The position numbers and the translations under genes were made by a program. From the NCBI RefSeq assembly GCF_009914755.1, contig NC_060936.1: a stretch of 64,000 bases of DNA. One strand, written 5' to 3'. The stretch is from the human T2T-CHM13v2.0 reference genome, Homo sapiens. The notes beneath the pieces were generated by a model. It saw only the letters and a list, made by a program, of their open reading frames with translations. It was not told where the DNA came from and did not search any database. Of the stretch, positions 30,166 to 43,436 are shown in pieces; position 1 is the first letter of the stretch, and each line of letters starts with the position of its first letter.

Positions 30166-30980
30166 GTGAGTGCGGCCGCGGGAGGGAGAGGCCCGGAGCG
30201 TAGAGCACCGCCCCCCTCGGCGCCCGCGCGCCCGCCTCTGGCGAGTCGGCCAGGAGGGGCGGCCGCGGCAGGTGCAGGTGCTGGCGCCGTGCAGGGCGCG
30301 GCACGCGGGGGTTCGGGGGGATGCCCAGGCCCGGTGAGCTCGCTCTCCGCCTGGGCACTTGGGCTCCGGGCCCTTGGGGGCGGCGTGTGGGGGGGACTTT
30401 GGCGACCCGGGTCAGCCGGCCGCCCCCTGGGCTGCTGGTGGGCGTCGGGCGGCGGCTCCTCCCCCGGGCACGGGCGCGTTACACATTAACTGCGCGGTCC
30501 CGCGCGCCCGGGGCAGGGAGCCCGAGTCCAGCGGGTTACCTGGCGGCGAGCGGGCGGGGCCGGGAGCGGAGGGCCGCGGTCGCGAAGAGGATGAAGAGAG
30601 AGTTCCCGAACAAGTCGGAAGCAGCTCACAACACCGGACGCCGCGCGGCAGGGCTGTGGACCTGGGGTGGTTTCGTGTCCCAGTCTTAGGAAACTACGCG
30701 CGAGGCACCTTGCTGAGGCGTAGAGGTCACCCTCGGGAGGTTTCGGTGAAACCTGGTGGGAAATTCCGGGCAGGCGCCCGGAGTCGCGCCCAAGTAGGCA
30801 GCTCCGTGCCGCCAGACTTGTGTTCGGGGGAGTTGAGACGAACTGCACGGGTGGGATTGCATGGCTCTGCCCTCCCAGCGTTGACAACTCGCCCCGACCG
30901 CCCAGGAAGCGCGAGCTTACTGGCTCCAGAAGTGATGATGCTGGGTGGAAGTCGCAGCATGTGAAGAGTTGCCGGTTGTT

Positions 30981-31003
30981 ATGGGATTAAAAAAGATGAA
31001 AGG
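30981..31003 (+). CDS. RAB3IP: RAB3IP alternative coding first exon (1b), N-terminal extension MGLKKMKG
   Basis: gttATGg GA TTA AAA AAG ATG AAA GG|gtaagg. Joined to the acceptor at 46513 it reads [24 protein letters not shown] in frame, matching the long Rabin8 isoform as I recall it. Confidence 0.9.
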
Positions 31004-34000
31004 GTAAGGTCTTGAAAGACACGAGCGCTGAGTTAGTTAGTACTGATTACTGAGAGGCAATTTAGTTTCATGGAAATGTTGCCTGTTCGGAGGCTACCTG
31101 TTATACACTCTCCTGTTTCACCCCAACTCCTTCCGTTCAGTGTCGGGTTAAAAGCCTTGTAATCTCTTGCAGTGGAATGATTGCATAATTGGAGGAGGGG
31201 CCCATAAGAGGATTACAACAAAACTGTTCCATTGTAAATCAGTTGAAAGACCCAGTTCTTGTTCATTATCCTTTTTCTCATTTTGTTGTTCATGAAGGTT
31301 TTTTTTTCTTCCAGTGCTGAATGACAAATCAAGGAGAAAAGAGGCAGAATAGGGTTGTAGACCAATCGTAGTAAATATTTGATACTGTTAAATATTTCAC
31401 CAGTTTTATGGGGCCTTGTTCTGTTATCATTTGTTATTTATTTACTAGTACTGTGCATTTTGATAGGACTTTTCATGTTTGGACAGACAGTGTATTCCAG
31501 ATGCGGCTTATGTGATCTAATCCTAAAGCCCTTGTGGAATTTATAGAAATAAACAGTTATACAATTAAGTAGTCCATTTTTTAACTATTAAATGAAAAGC
31601 CATTGCATTTTTTTCCATTACAGTAATGTTACATATTAATGTATACCTTTGTGAACCAAAGTGTTTGATACAACTCTTCCTTCTGTGTTTGGTAAACAAC
31701 TCATCTGTGGTACTGAATACTTGTAATCTTTCACCAGGATGGCCATTTAATGTTTAGCTGCTTTGTGGGATTTCTGAATAGATCCTATTGTACTTTTTGA
31801 ATTAGTGCAGTTATCCATATGTTTCCTTTAATATTCTTTACCTTTGATTTTGTCTAAACTCTCATCCTCCCCCAACACACACATCCTCTACAAATAATTT
31901 TTAAAATGGAAAGGTTCTTAGAAATGTTTCACCCCCTCATTTTTTAAATATGGCACGAAAAAATACTTTGTAGATTACAGTAGTTTTATATGCATTATAG
32001 TAGTTACTATACTTTTTTCCTCCTCAACAGGAGTCAGTGAACAAATTAGTGAGCTGGCTGAATGAAAAATTATTTAATGTTCAGCTCCATCACTTACTGT
32101 GCATAAAACCTTGAGTAAAACATTTAACCTGTTTGAGCTTATTTTCTCCATTTGTCAGTGGAAATACTATTAGGTTGAAATTGCTAATATTCTGCTGTTT
32201 TTTATGTTTCAACCTAATATGAACTTCATAATGGTAAGATGAGGATTTAATAACATACTCCATTAGAGATGTGGGGAAGGGGAGAAGGAACCAGTGTGAG
32301 CTTGATTGTGTGCAAGGCACTGTGTGTGCTTGTTTTCGATACCTTGACTCCTCAGTCCTCTGGACATTCCCGGGATATAGGTGGTTTATCAAATTTTACA
32401 AGTCAGGAAATGGAGGCTTAGAAAGTTGCGATAATTTGTCTATGGTTACTTAGTTGTAGGTGGTCGTACAGCTGGCCAGTGACAGAGCCGGTATTAAAAA
32501 CTGTATCCGACTGCCCAAAATGGAACGTAGTGCTTTTGTTTCTTACATTCCTGGTCTGCACCTTCTATTAAAGAGCTTTGTAACTATAAGGAGGCACACA
32601 GATGACAAGTGTTACCATTTGTATTTCTGGTTTAAAAATATCCAAGTTTTCTGAAGACGGTGATACCAGCATTGCTACTACAGTTACTTTTAAGTCTAGT
32701 GCTTATCAAGCGAAGTCCTGGTGTAAGCTTTATACTCATTTACTCTCAGAGTGAGCGAGGAGATAATACTTTATCCCTATTTTGTAGTTGAGAAAATTGA
32801 GACCCTGAGACCTTATGTAGTTTGCTCAACGTCACATAGTTAATTAAGTGACAGGTCTAGATTAGATGTCAGACAGTTTGTCTTCCATGTCTGTGCTCTT
32901 AACCACTACACTCTGTCATTTCTTCATGTATAAGTGGTAATGCTAAAGAATTGTTTGCTCATAATCACTACATTATCACTTCTTTATGTGTAGCTTATAA
33001 TGCTGAAGAACTTTGTAATTTAGCTTTTATGAGATACGTAATGTTAATGTAATATGTAATTCTCATTGTGTCACCAGAGATTTTTTTAAATCAAATACTC
33101 ATTGAGCATCTACTCTGCAAGTCACAGTAGGGGTTAAAGGAAACTGTTCTTAAGGAATATGGAAGGTAGGGCCTTATAATCATTCCCATATCTTTTATAA
33201 GTTCTTCAAAATGTAGAACGCACTTTACATATTTTAATGAATGTCAACTAAGACAAAGTGCTAGGATAGTTGAGTAGTGGAGAGGAAGGACAGATGGATA
33301 GTGGGTAGAGATATTTGTGCATTGAGGTAATGAGGGAAAGCTTTGAAGATATTCCAAGGGAGTACGCTTTTTCACACTAAACTTTTTTCCGATATAATTC
33401 TGATTAAGATGCAGTTCATCAAAGGATAGTAAATTGGTTACTACGCATTTGATATCCTAAAAACAAAATATCTGAGCTTTTGTAAACTGCTTTCTAGCTT
33501 GTTTCTCCTTTTTTATGCTACTATCCTTAGTTGTACCAGATGGTACTCTTTTTAAAAATTTTATGCTTTTATAATACTGAGTACCTCTTTTTTGGTATTT
33601 ATGAACTTTGATATTTGTGTTGTATTTGTAATTGTTTCTAGGGCCCTAGAAACATGTTTATTGGCAAGGTGGTCTCTTCCTCTAGTCTACAAGTGCTTCG
33701 AGAGTAGGGCTTACCTCATTTTATAGCTTTAACATCGGGCCAGGTAAGTACTGTGCTGTGTTTGGTGATGGATGATCAGTTGAAGAATGTTAGGATGTTT
33801 TGAAGCTGCTCTAGCAGTAGAAATTGAAATGAACATTGAGAAATGAAGGGACAAAGGAAGGAAGAGGAAGATATTTATACAACTGGGAGCATTAACTTGC
33901 TATCTCTATTTTCCCTTCTGCTTTCCTTTTCAACTTACCACTAAATGAGGTAGTTTTATAAGCTTACATCGTACATAGTCATGGTTAGAGAAAAGTGGAA

Positions 34001-35119
34001 AAAGTAATCTGATTTATCTTAGAATATAGGGCAACACGAAATTAGATAACTATAGCCGTAAACTGATATTACTTAGAGGAAAAAGAATGAAAATTATTCA
34101 AATAGTTCAAGTTCATGAAAGATTTGATGCTTGTCGTTAACAGTAGGATTGTAAATATAATCATAATGGCAGTTGATGAAATTCCTCTGAGGGGTATGGA
34201 TACATACACAAATAAGTATATGAATTGACAGCTTAGTATGAAGAAACTATTCAAGAATGTGAGAATGCCCTATGAGCATAAAGGAGCATATAGATGATAG
34301 CTTAGAACCACTTAAATAAGTGAATTGTAATTTGATATGCCCAGATAAAAGTAATAGTATTGAATATTTGTTTGGGAGCATCTGGTTGTCAGATAAGGAT
34401 AAAGTATAAAAGAAAAACCAAAATAAGTTTGAAAAAACAATAAGCAAATTTGTATCAATTCCCTGTGGGGAAAAGAATCATATTTGAACTACATGCCTCA
34501 TAAAGACTAGTTTTCCCTTTCTTTCCTTTTACCTAAGATAAATAAAGATACCTTCTGATTTGTAAGACAAACCCCTCAGTATGCTTTTGCTATTTCCCCC
34601 ATTACATTTTTTTCTTTCTTAGATCTTTATAAAATCATACATTTATGTTGTGCTTTACAATGTATACATTTTTACATTGATATGCCATTTGATTTTCTCA
34701 AATGTAGGCAGGGGAGATAATATCACTACCATTATAGATGTCAAAACTGAACCTTAGAGAGATTAAATGACTTGCGTCAGTTCACACAGCTTGTCAGTGA
34801 CAGAATCTGAACTAGAAGGAAGGTTTTCTGAAGTTAGTCTGTTAAAATGCTCAGGTTTTCTCAAACTTCAATTTCTCCAGTTTTGATACTCTCGCAAAGT
34901 ATTTACTGTTTCATTTCTATCTTTTTCAGCAAAAATGTAGCCTGAATAACTGTCTCCACTCTTTACCGCTTTGCTATTCATTCCTTCTCTAAAGACTCTT
35001 GTTTATTTATTTAGTCAGTGCGTATTTCAGCACCTGTTGAATGTTTAGTTGGCATATATTCTTAAGAGAATATGTAAAATGAAGCTTCCATTATTGAGAA
35101 AAAGAAATTTGGAAAATGA

Positions 35120-35371
35120 TTTTTTTAAAAAATTATACTTTTAAGTTCTGGGATACATGTGCAGAATGTGCAGGTTTGTTACATAGGTATACACGTGCCA
35201 TGGTGGTTTGCTGCACCGGTCAACCCATCATCTACCTTAGGTATTTCTCCTAATGCTATCCCTCCCCTAGCCCGCCACTCCCCCACAGGCCCTGGTGTGT
35301 GATATTCCCCTCCCTGTGTCCGTGTGTTCTCATTGTTCATCTCCCACTTATGAGTGAGAACATGCGGTGTT
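35120..35371 (-). mobile_element. L1PA 3'-end fragment
   Basis: ttaagttctgggatacatgtgcagaatgtgcaggtttgttacatagg...cccacttatgagtgagaacatgcggtgtt. Confidence 0.9.
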
Positions 35372-35576
35372 CTGTTAATTTAAATAAATATTTAATTACA
35401 AATAAATATTTGTAATTAAATATTAGCTCATTGTATTATTACAAATAATTATTTGTAATTAAATATAATATTAGCTCATAAGTTCAGAACATTTTCTGAA
35501 AACTGTCAACATAACACACTGCAATAACTAACATCTCTACACATGTCAGGTTGTACATTGAAGTGTTGTGGAATTA

Positions 35577-35841
35577 GGCCGGGCATGGTGGCTCACACCT
35601 GTAGTCCCAGCACTTGGGAGGTTGAGGCAGACAGTTACTTGAGGTCAGGAGTTCGAGACAAGCCTGGTCAACATGGCAAAACCCCATCTCTACTAAAAAT
35701 ACAAAAAATTAGCTGGGTGTGGTGGCAGGCGCCTGTAATCCCAGCTATTCAGGAGACAGATGTTGCAGTGAGCCGAGATTGTGCCACTGCACTCCAGCCT
35801 GGGCGACAGAGCGAGACTGCATCTCAAAAAAAAAAAAAAAA
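35577..35841 (+). mobile_element. AluS with ~30-bp right-arm deletion
   Basis: Alu dimer with A tail; TSD aagtgttgtggaatta / aagtattgtggaatta. Confidence 0.92.
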
Positions 35842-36800
35842 AGTATTGTGGAATTAGTGGGAATTCATTTGTGATCTATTATAATAAAAATGGGAAAATT
35901 GTGTAGCCTGATTGACCATTTGAGTAATTTTGCCCTTGGGCTATTAATTACATTTGCATTTATAAACATAGAATGCTTCTTAAAAGATAAATGTGATTTT
36001 TTTTGTCATAACTAAAATGCTAGTTTGGGAAGCCAACTTTAAAATTATTATGAAAGCTAATGAAAAAATGATTTTATATATATACTTGTTTTGTTTTTTC
36101 CTCCTTTATTATACAGTATTTGAATAAATTTTGAACTTTCCTTTTTATTTTGAGAGCACTATAAATTATGGAGAGTTTCAAATAAGGTAAGTAGACACAA
36201 TAGTATAATGAACCTAAAAGTTTCCATCATGTAGCCCAGTAACTATCAACAGTGATCAGTCCTCATCCATCCACTTCTCCCACTTCTATATTATTTTGAA
36301 ACAAATTGCAAGTCCTGTGTAATTTCACCTGTAGGTATTTCAGTATTTCCCAAAGATAAGAGCAGTTAACTGCAGTACTTTTACAAACTTTGTTCTTTAT
36401 TTATTTTTTCATTTTAATCTACATTTCCTGCTTTTATTATTACAAATTTTCAAAAATTAACACTAATTCCTTGGTATAAAATATCTACACTTTTTAAAAA
36501 AATACACAGGAATATGGGTACTATAGTAAATTCAAGTTTCTGTTTATTTTGATTTATGTGCTGTTTTTTTTTTTCCAAGTCCTGTAAGGAGCTGAATAAG
36601 TATTAAATTCTGGCATAGTAACAAAACAGAGGAGGAAATGATAACAAAAATAATATAGGGGAAAATAATAGAACACAAAGCAATAGCAAATGCTCATTTC
36701 AATAGCAGTGCTTTAGAGAAACTTCAGTTTTGTCTTTGTGAAAGTAAGAGAAGGGTTCAGAGATTAAACATTATTATTCTGTTTGGATTGTTCACTTCTT

Positions 36801-36892
36801 TTTTTTTAAACTTTAAGTTCTGGGATACCATGTGCAGAACATGCAGGTTTGTTACATAGGTATACACGTGCCATGGTGGTTTACTGCACCCA
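36801..36892 (-). mobile_element. 92-bp L1PA 3' terminus with perfect TSD
   Basis: TSD ggattgttcacttctt at 36785-36800 and 36893-36908. Confidence 0.92.
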
Positions 36893-38424
36893 GGATTGTT
36901 CACTTCTTAGAGATCCTTTGCTGTGCTTTAACCTTTATTCCCATCTCCCTACTCCCTATCCATTTCAGCTTCTAAGTGTATCTCAGATGTAGTGGAGTTA
37001 GGTGTTAGAGTCAGACACACCAGAGTTTGAATACTAGCTCTGTTACTTTTTGTGTATTTGACAAAATTAATCTCTCTCAGCCTCTTTTTTTTATATATCT
37101 GTAAAGTAGGGATAAGAACCATTTCAAATGAATGCTCTGAAGATTAACTGGAATAATTGTGTGTTTGTGAATAAATATAAATGAAGCTGTTCTGAATGTT
37201 TTCCATACGTATATATGCCTCCATCCCCTCATTCCCAGTGCATGACCTTGGCATTAGATCAGACAGTAATCGTTTAACCAGCCTCTAGTCTCCAGTGAAG
37301 TTCTCATTGCCTTGGGAGTCATTTTTAAATGACTACATTACAATACATCTATACTTTCTAAAATGTAGATCTCACCATCTCTTCAGGATAAACTTTAAGC
37401 AACATTTTCTCTTTTAAAGAAGGCTTTTAATGGTCTGTCACAGTCTGCCTCTCCAGCCTGCTTTTCTGTTACTGTCTCCTTTGTTAGTTTTGTTAGTGCC
37501 AGACCCTTATTCCCTGACTGTCCTATCCTATTCCCCTTGCCCATCTACTGGACTTGTATTCAGCACTGAAAATCTGACTTATATTTTACTTCTCTTTGAG
37601 ACATTCTCCTCTTCCCTCTTCCCTCCCCACAACCCTCAGAATAATCATGCCGTGGCTCGTAGAGGCTGTGTGCCATCTCTTTGGTCCATTTGTATCTGTA
37701 TTCTTAGCACTTAGTATCAGGATTTGCCCGGAGGTGTTGAAGCTGGCAATCATCCTTCCATTCCAACAAGAATAAATATAATTTATCACATATATGTATG
37801 AAATAAATGTATTTAATATGTATAATAAATGTTGAAGGTTTTTAAAGAAGTGATGGAATTTGTAACTAATTCATGGAATTTATAACAGTTCAATTCATTA
37901 TATGCTATTGAAGTAGCAGTCTCATTTTTAATCTCAGAAACTGTTTCTTTCATAATTCATGTTAAATTAAGAAGTCATTTGGGAATTTAAAAAGCATCTG
38001 GACTTTCCTCCCTGCCCCCCTTCCACAACTGTCTGTGAATAAATTGAAAGAGGAAAATAGTGCTTACATAATCTTAAACCTTTTCTTTTGACATGTCTTG
38101 GAATATTTAATTTCTATTATTGTGATAATACAAGTAAAACAAAATTATACTACAGGATTTATAGATGTTTACTTTTTTTGAGGAAAATCACTCAAAACAA
38201 TAAGCTTTTAAACCCAAACTCAACAATCATTGCTTTTTGTTCTTAGTGATAGTGCTTGTGCTGATACAATATGATCAAAATATTTGGCCAGTATTAGGAA
38301 ATGTCCTAGAGATGATTATAATAGTAAGAGCCAGTCTTAATTGGTAAGTGCCAGATATGGTGCTAAGCTCTTTAATTCTCATGACTACCTTAGGAGATAG
38401 GTACAGTTTTCTCCCCTTGCCCTT

Positions 38425-38426
<2 letters not shown>

Positions 38427-38483
<57 letters not shown>

Positions 38484-38733
38484 GATCTTTCTCTGTTGCT
38501 CAGGCTGGAGTGCAGTGGCACAATCACAGTTCGCTATAGCCTCAACCTTCCTGGCTCAGGAGTAGCTGGGACCACAGGCGTATGCCACCACACTCTGCTA
38601 ATTTTTAAATTTTTTGTAGAGATGGGGTCTCGCTATGTTGCTTTTGGTTGTTGCTTAAACATCTTGGGCACAAGCAACCGTCCTGTCTTGGCCTTCCAAA
38701 GTTCTGAGATTACAAGAACCACTGTGCCTGACC
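38427..38733 (-). mobile_element. AluJ with (TG)n(GA)n microsatellite at its tail
   Basis: Compound dinucleotide repeat at 38427-38482 followed by a diverged antisense Alu. Confidence 0.85.
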
Positions 38734-40203
38734 TGTCATCTCCATTTTTAGATGAGAAATTGAGACTTAGATCTTCAGGTCACTTTATTAGTAACTGGTG
38801 AAGCCAAGATTTGAGACTGATTCCAGAGTACAAGCTATTTCATGAGATAGTGAATACTGGTTAAGTTACCCTGTTGGCTTTTCTTCTAGTAGACAAGTAC
38901 ATTCCTTTATCTACCAGGATTATTTGATCCAATTCTACACTGAAATAGATGAAGATATTTGGGCTCAGATAAGTTACCTGCCCAGGTTCATAGATAGATC
39001 TCAGAGCTTGATCAGGAGCCTTAGCTTTCTTCTTCAGGTACTGATGCTTCTACTCTGCTGTGTTGCCATATTACCTCCTTTGTTGGAAATGATTTACTTT
39101 CTGAGTGTAGTGCTTTGAGGAATTTTAGTAAACATAGAATTCAAATTATTTAATTTTCACATATATTAAATTGATATGAAAAAAGATAAAAATCACAGCT
39201 TTAGTTTTTTTTTTTTTTTTCTAAAATTAAAATTCTATGTTTCCCATTTGTCAAGGTAAGTCCAAATTAGGGGAATGTGCTTTTTGTGGAAAAATGGATT
39301 TTATTTTTTCTTTTGGACTACTGATATAAATCAAGTTGCTAGATTTCATTTAAAATATGTATATGCATTTTATTCATGTTCTTCAGATGTTTCATTGAAA
39401 ATATTTTCCCATTAATTCTGATTTCTTGAGTTGTCCTAGGGATGGCTTTTGTTTTCAAGAAACATTTTAAAAATTCACTTTAATTAGAAAAAGTAAATTT
39501 CATAAGTTATTAGGATCTTTCTAGGCATTTATTAAATGAGTTAATATGTATGAAATTCTTAGCACCACTATCTGACAACATAGTTAACCTTCAGTAAAGA
39601 TTGGCTGTTGTTTTTGCTGTGATAGTACTGATTTCGAGAAAGAACAATTAACAGGAAATGCATATTAGGGATCAGAAGCAAATTGTTTTGATCAACTTTT
39701 TCTTGTGGTCTGCAGTCTGCTTTATTACCTGGAGCTCAGTAATAAGGCCAGCCAAGTTGTGTTGGTGATTCACCCATAAGAATTTAATGTGATCATCTTT
39801 TTTACATATTGGTCATGATCCTTGACAAGTTTAATTTACTAATTGGGATAATCAGTTGAAATTAGTTCTTTTTGAATCACTCATTGCTTAATGCGAAAGA
39901 TACTACTGCTTAAAAATAGTAGTTTATTTTACTCTTATAAAGACGTATGTGAAATAAATCTTAAAGCTTCTATGTATTTAAAGGGCAAAAGATTTTCAGA
40001 CCAGTGAGATTGGCAGCTCATTACCAGCTAAATTACATTTTATGGAAATTTTATGTGCTTGAAAAAGGGATTAAATTTAATCTCAAAATAATCTCCTTTT
40101 CAGAAGTGACTTGAATTTAGACAGTATTTAAATGTATCCCCCAGAAGGGAAACATTGTAGGTTAGAAGCACTGCTCAGAGGCATTGTCCTAAGTGCTATA
40201 TAA

Positions 40204-40564
40204 CAGGGGTCCCCAGTTCCTGGGCTGTGGACCTAAAGTGGTCTGTGGCCTGTTAAGAATTGGGCCACACAGCAGGAGGTAAGTGGCAGAAGGTAAGTGG
40301 CGGACAAGCGAGCATTCCCACTTGAGCTCCACCTCCTGTCAGATCAGCAAGCTGCATTAGATTCTCATAGGAGTGCGAACCGTATTGTGAACTGCACATT
40401 GCAAGGGATCTAGGTTGCATGCTTCTTAAGAGAATCTAATGCCTGATGATCTGAGGTGGAACAGTTTCATCCCGAAACCATCTCCTCCCACCCTCTGCCC
40501 TGTCTGTGGAAAAATTGTCTTCCACGAAACTGGTCCCTGGGGCCAAAAAGGTTGGGGACTGCTG
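40204..40564 (+). mobile_element. MER1B (hAT-Charlie non-autonomous DNA transposon)
   Basis: Terminal inverted repeats caggggtcccca / tggggactgctg and internal gcattagattctcataggagtgcgaacc. Confidence 0.9.
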
Positions 40565-43121
40565 TTATGTAGTATTATCCCTTTTAATTTTCATTCTGTT
40601 AGGTAGCAAAACCAAGACACAGATTTCCAGATGGGAGAACCTAGGCTCAGATTGTCTCAGTAATTTGACAGAAGTGGGATTCAAACCTGCCTCTCTTCGA
40701 GACTTGTACTTTATATTCATAGCTTGTGCTCCAGCTAATGGAGTAACTGCGTTTTGTATAAATGCTTTGCTTTCACATGGTGGACATGTCTGGAAAGCCC
40801 TTACAAAGGTTTTGTCTTTCTCATTTCTTGCTTGTTGTTTGGATCTTTCCTTTGGCTTTATTTTTTCGGGAATCCTTTGTCTCTGATTTATTTGTCCTTC
40901 CCGTGTGGTCTCTGAGTTTATTTGCATCTTCTGTGGCATTTATCACATATCATTGCCTCTACTTGTCAGTCTCCTACTCTAATAGGCTGTTTGAAGGCAG
41001 AGTAGATTTTTCTTCTTTCCCCAGATCCTGGCACAGAGTAGGTCATTAGTAAATACTTGCTGAAAGAATGGCTGAAATACTGTGTTTATATGTGGGAAAA
41101 ATAGGGTTAATGTTGCAGGCATGATGGATTTTAATTCAAAACTAAGAGAAACATTTTCACTAGAACAGTGGAACAATGGAGTGGCAAAGCAGTTCTACTT
41201 GTAAGTGTGTCGTGGTGGTTAAGAGCTTGGACAGTAGGGTCTAATAACGGTAGGCTTTAATTCTGACTACTCTAAGCTGCAGTTTCCTCAACCATAGATG
41301 CGCTATGCTTAATATTTAGTAAGTGCTCAACGAATACTAGCTGTTATGGGAGGAGCCACCTTAACTTCCTGTGAGATTGGGGCTGGTAGTTGAATGACTT
41401 GGCTCCTTGGCTTCCCATTCCCTTCCTCTCTCCCTGGATTATTTTGAAGCAAATCCAAGTAATCTTATTTCATCTATAAATACTTCAGTGTGTATCTTTT
41501 TTAAAAGATAAGGATTTTAAAAATACAACCATTATGCCATTATTATCCCTAAAATTAACTATAATTCCTAATAACATAATTTGTTTTTACAGTTGGTTTA
41601 TTCAAAGAAGAATCCAAACAAGGCCCACAGATTGTGTTTAGTTAATTCTCTTAAGTTTATAAATTCCCTCTACCTCGTTTTTTTTTTTTTTTTTTTACAG
41701 TTTATTGGAAAAACCAAGTAGTTTGTTTATGATGAGAGTTTCCCAAAGTCTAGATTTTGCTGTTTTTGTCCCTGTGGTGTTATTTAACATGTTCCTTTCT
41801 CCTCTGTATTTACTATAAACTGATGACCATCAAGAGGCTTGTTTGATTTGGGGTCTTTCTTTTTTTTTTTTTTCTTAGGCCAGAATGCTTTATTAATGGC
41901 AGTGATGTTCATTTCTTATTTGCCACATAATATACATAATGTTTGATTGTCTCCGTTTTTGTGACAAGATGTGATCAGTGAGTTCAGGTACTGTCATTCT
42001 GATTGATTAACTATAAAGTTCCTCAAACAACCTTTTACCTTATGGTTTTAATAGCTATTTAAATAATTATTGCCCTAAATCCATTATTTCATTAGGATTC
42101 CAAAGTTATATTTATTAAGTGGAATTCTGCTAAAAAGAACTTTTTCTCATGAGCTGTTCAGTTCTTTGATATACAGGAAAGCCAGATAAAATACTTCATT
42201 CTTTCATTTTATTTACCAATTTTGAAAATAATGAATTGGTTCCATAGCATTGATCAGAGAAGGCCAGTGAGGTACTTTGCTTTATTTTTAGTGTCATTAT
42301 GACCTCATGGATTTAAAAATATTTGCCTTTCAGTTCTTTGCAGATATTATCCTTTTTGATGTTCAGATTGTCCCGTTTTTGGTTAGTGGGAGTCCGTTTG
42401 ATATCAGTCCAGTAGTTTTTGATGGTGTGCTTGCTTTCTGGTATAACAAGATGTTCCAGGGTCCTTTCGTACATTTCTGTCCCAGGCTGGAATCAGCCAT
42501 TTTTCCCAAGGAGCCTGTGTTCTTTTTTTTGGAGGACATGGTATTACTCTGAGTACATGGGTGCGCATGGCTCCTGAGTTGGTCAGCGTTGCTATGCTGA
42601 CCAACTTTTCATTGGATAAACTTAGAATTTTTTTTCTGGTGTTTCTGAGTAAAATTTAGGCCTCTAGGATTTAAATTCTTTGATTTTATATTTGTAGTTT
42701 TTCTAATATGCTGAAAATCTTAGTTCCAAATGACATTAGCATAACTTATTTGCTTCATCTTATAACAAAGTTTCAGAATCACAGTATCAATATTACTACT
42801 GTTATTAACATTGAAAATAGGTTGTGACTTTTTTCACTTCCTTTTGCTTTTAGAATACATTCCATTAGGGATATATATTTATGTTGTTATGTTTTAAAAT
42901 CACTCGAAGTAGTTCTTTTCTGTGTGGTTAAGCTACCATCTCAGTACACAAGTTTATTTGCTTTATGTTTAGGGATTCTTTTTTAAACTTTAATTTTTAC
43001 TGTTTACATGGTTCCAAGCTCAGAATCAAATCTGTAAAGCAAGGTACTTACAGAAAAAAGTCTAGCTTTCATATTTTTCACTCTGTCATCTCTCCTTCTA
43101 TAGGTAACCATTTTGCCTGCT

Positions 43122-43436
43122 TTTTTTTCTTTTGTTCTTTTTTTTTTTTTTTTCAGGATAGGGTCTCGTTCTTTCACCCAGGCTGGAGTGCAGTGGTATA
43201 ATCAAAGCTTACTGTACCCTCAAATTCCTCAGCTCAAGCCATCCTCCCATCTTAGCCTCCCAAGTGGTTAGGACTATAGGCCTGCACTATCACACCCAGC
43301 TAATTTTACAACTTTTTGTAGAGACAAGATCTCACTATGTTGCCCAGGCTAGTCTTTTAACTCTTGGCCACAATTGTCCTCCTGCTTCTGTGTGTCAAGT
43401 TTTTGGGATTACAAGTGTGAGCCACTGAACCTAGCC
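43122..43436 (-). mobile_element. AluJ
   Basis: Diverged antisense Alu dimer. Confidence 0.88.

Larger units (their letters stand above)
29570..30960. promoter_or_regulatory. RAB3IP: CpG island / RAB3IP promoter
   Basis: Abrupt switch to very GC- and CpG-rich sequence with GC boxes (CCCCGCCCC) and no TATA box; it contains both first-exon splice donors. Confidence 0.95.

Noticed and set aside
29379-30964. Long overlapping ORFs (251, 243, 201, 151 aa) on both strands
   Set aside because: They arise from stop-codon scarcity in the GC-rich CpG island; the products are low-complexity Pro/Arg/Gly/Ala with no recognisable domain.
40506-41049. Overlapping 126, 124 and 95 aa ORFs
   Set aside because: They begin in MER1B/MIR sequence and lack exon structure or recognisable homology.
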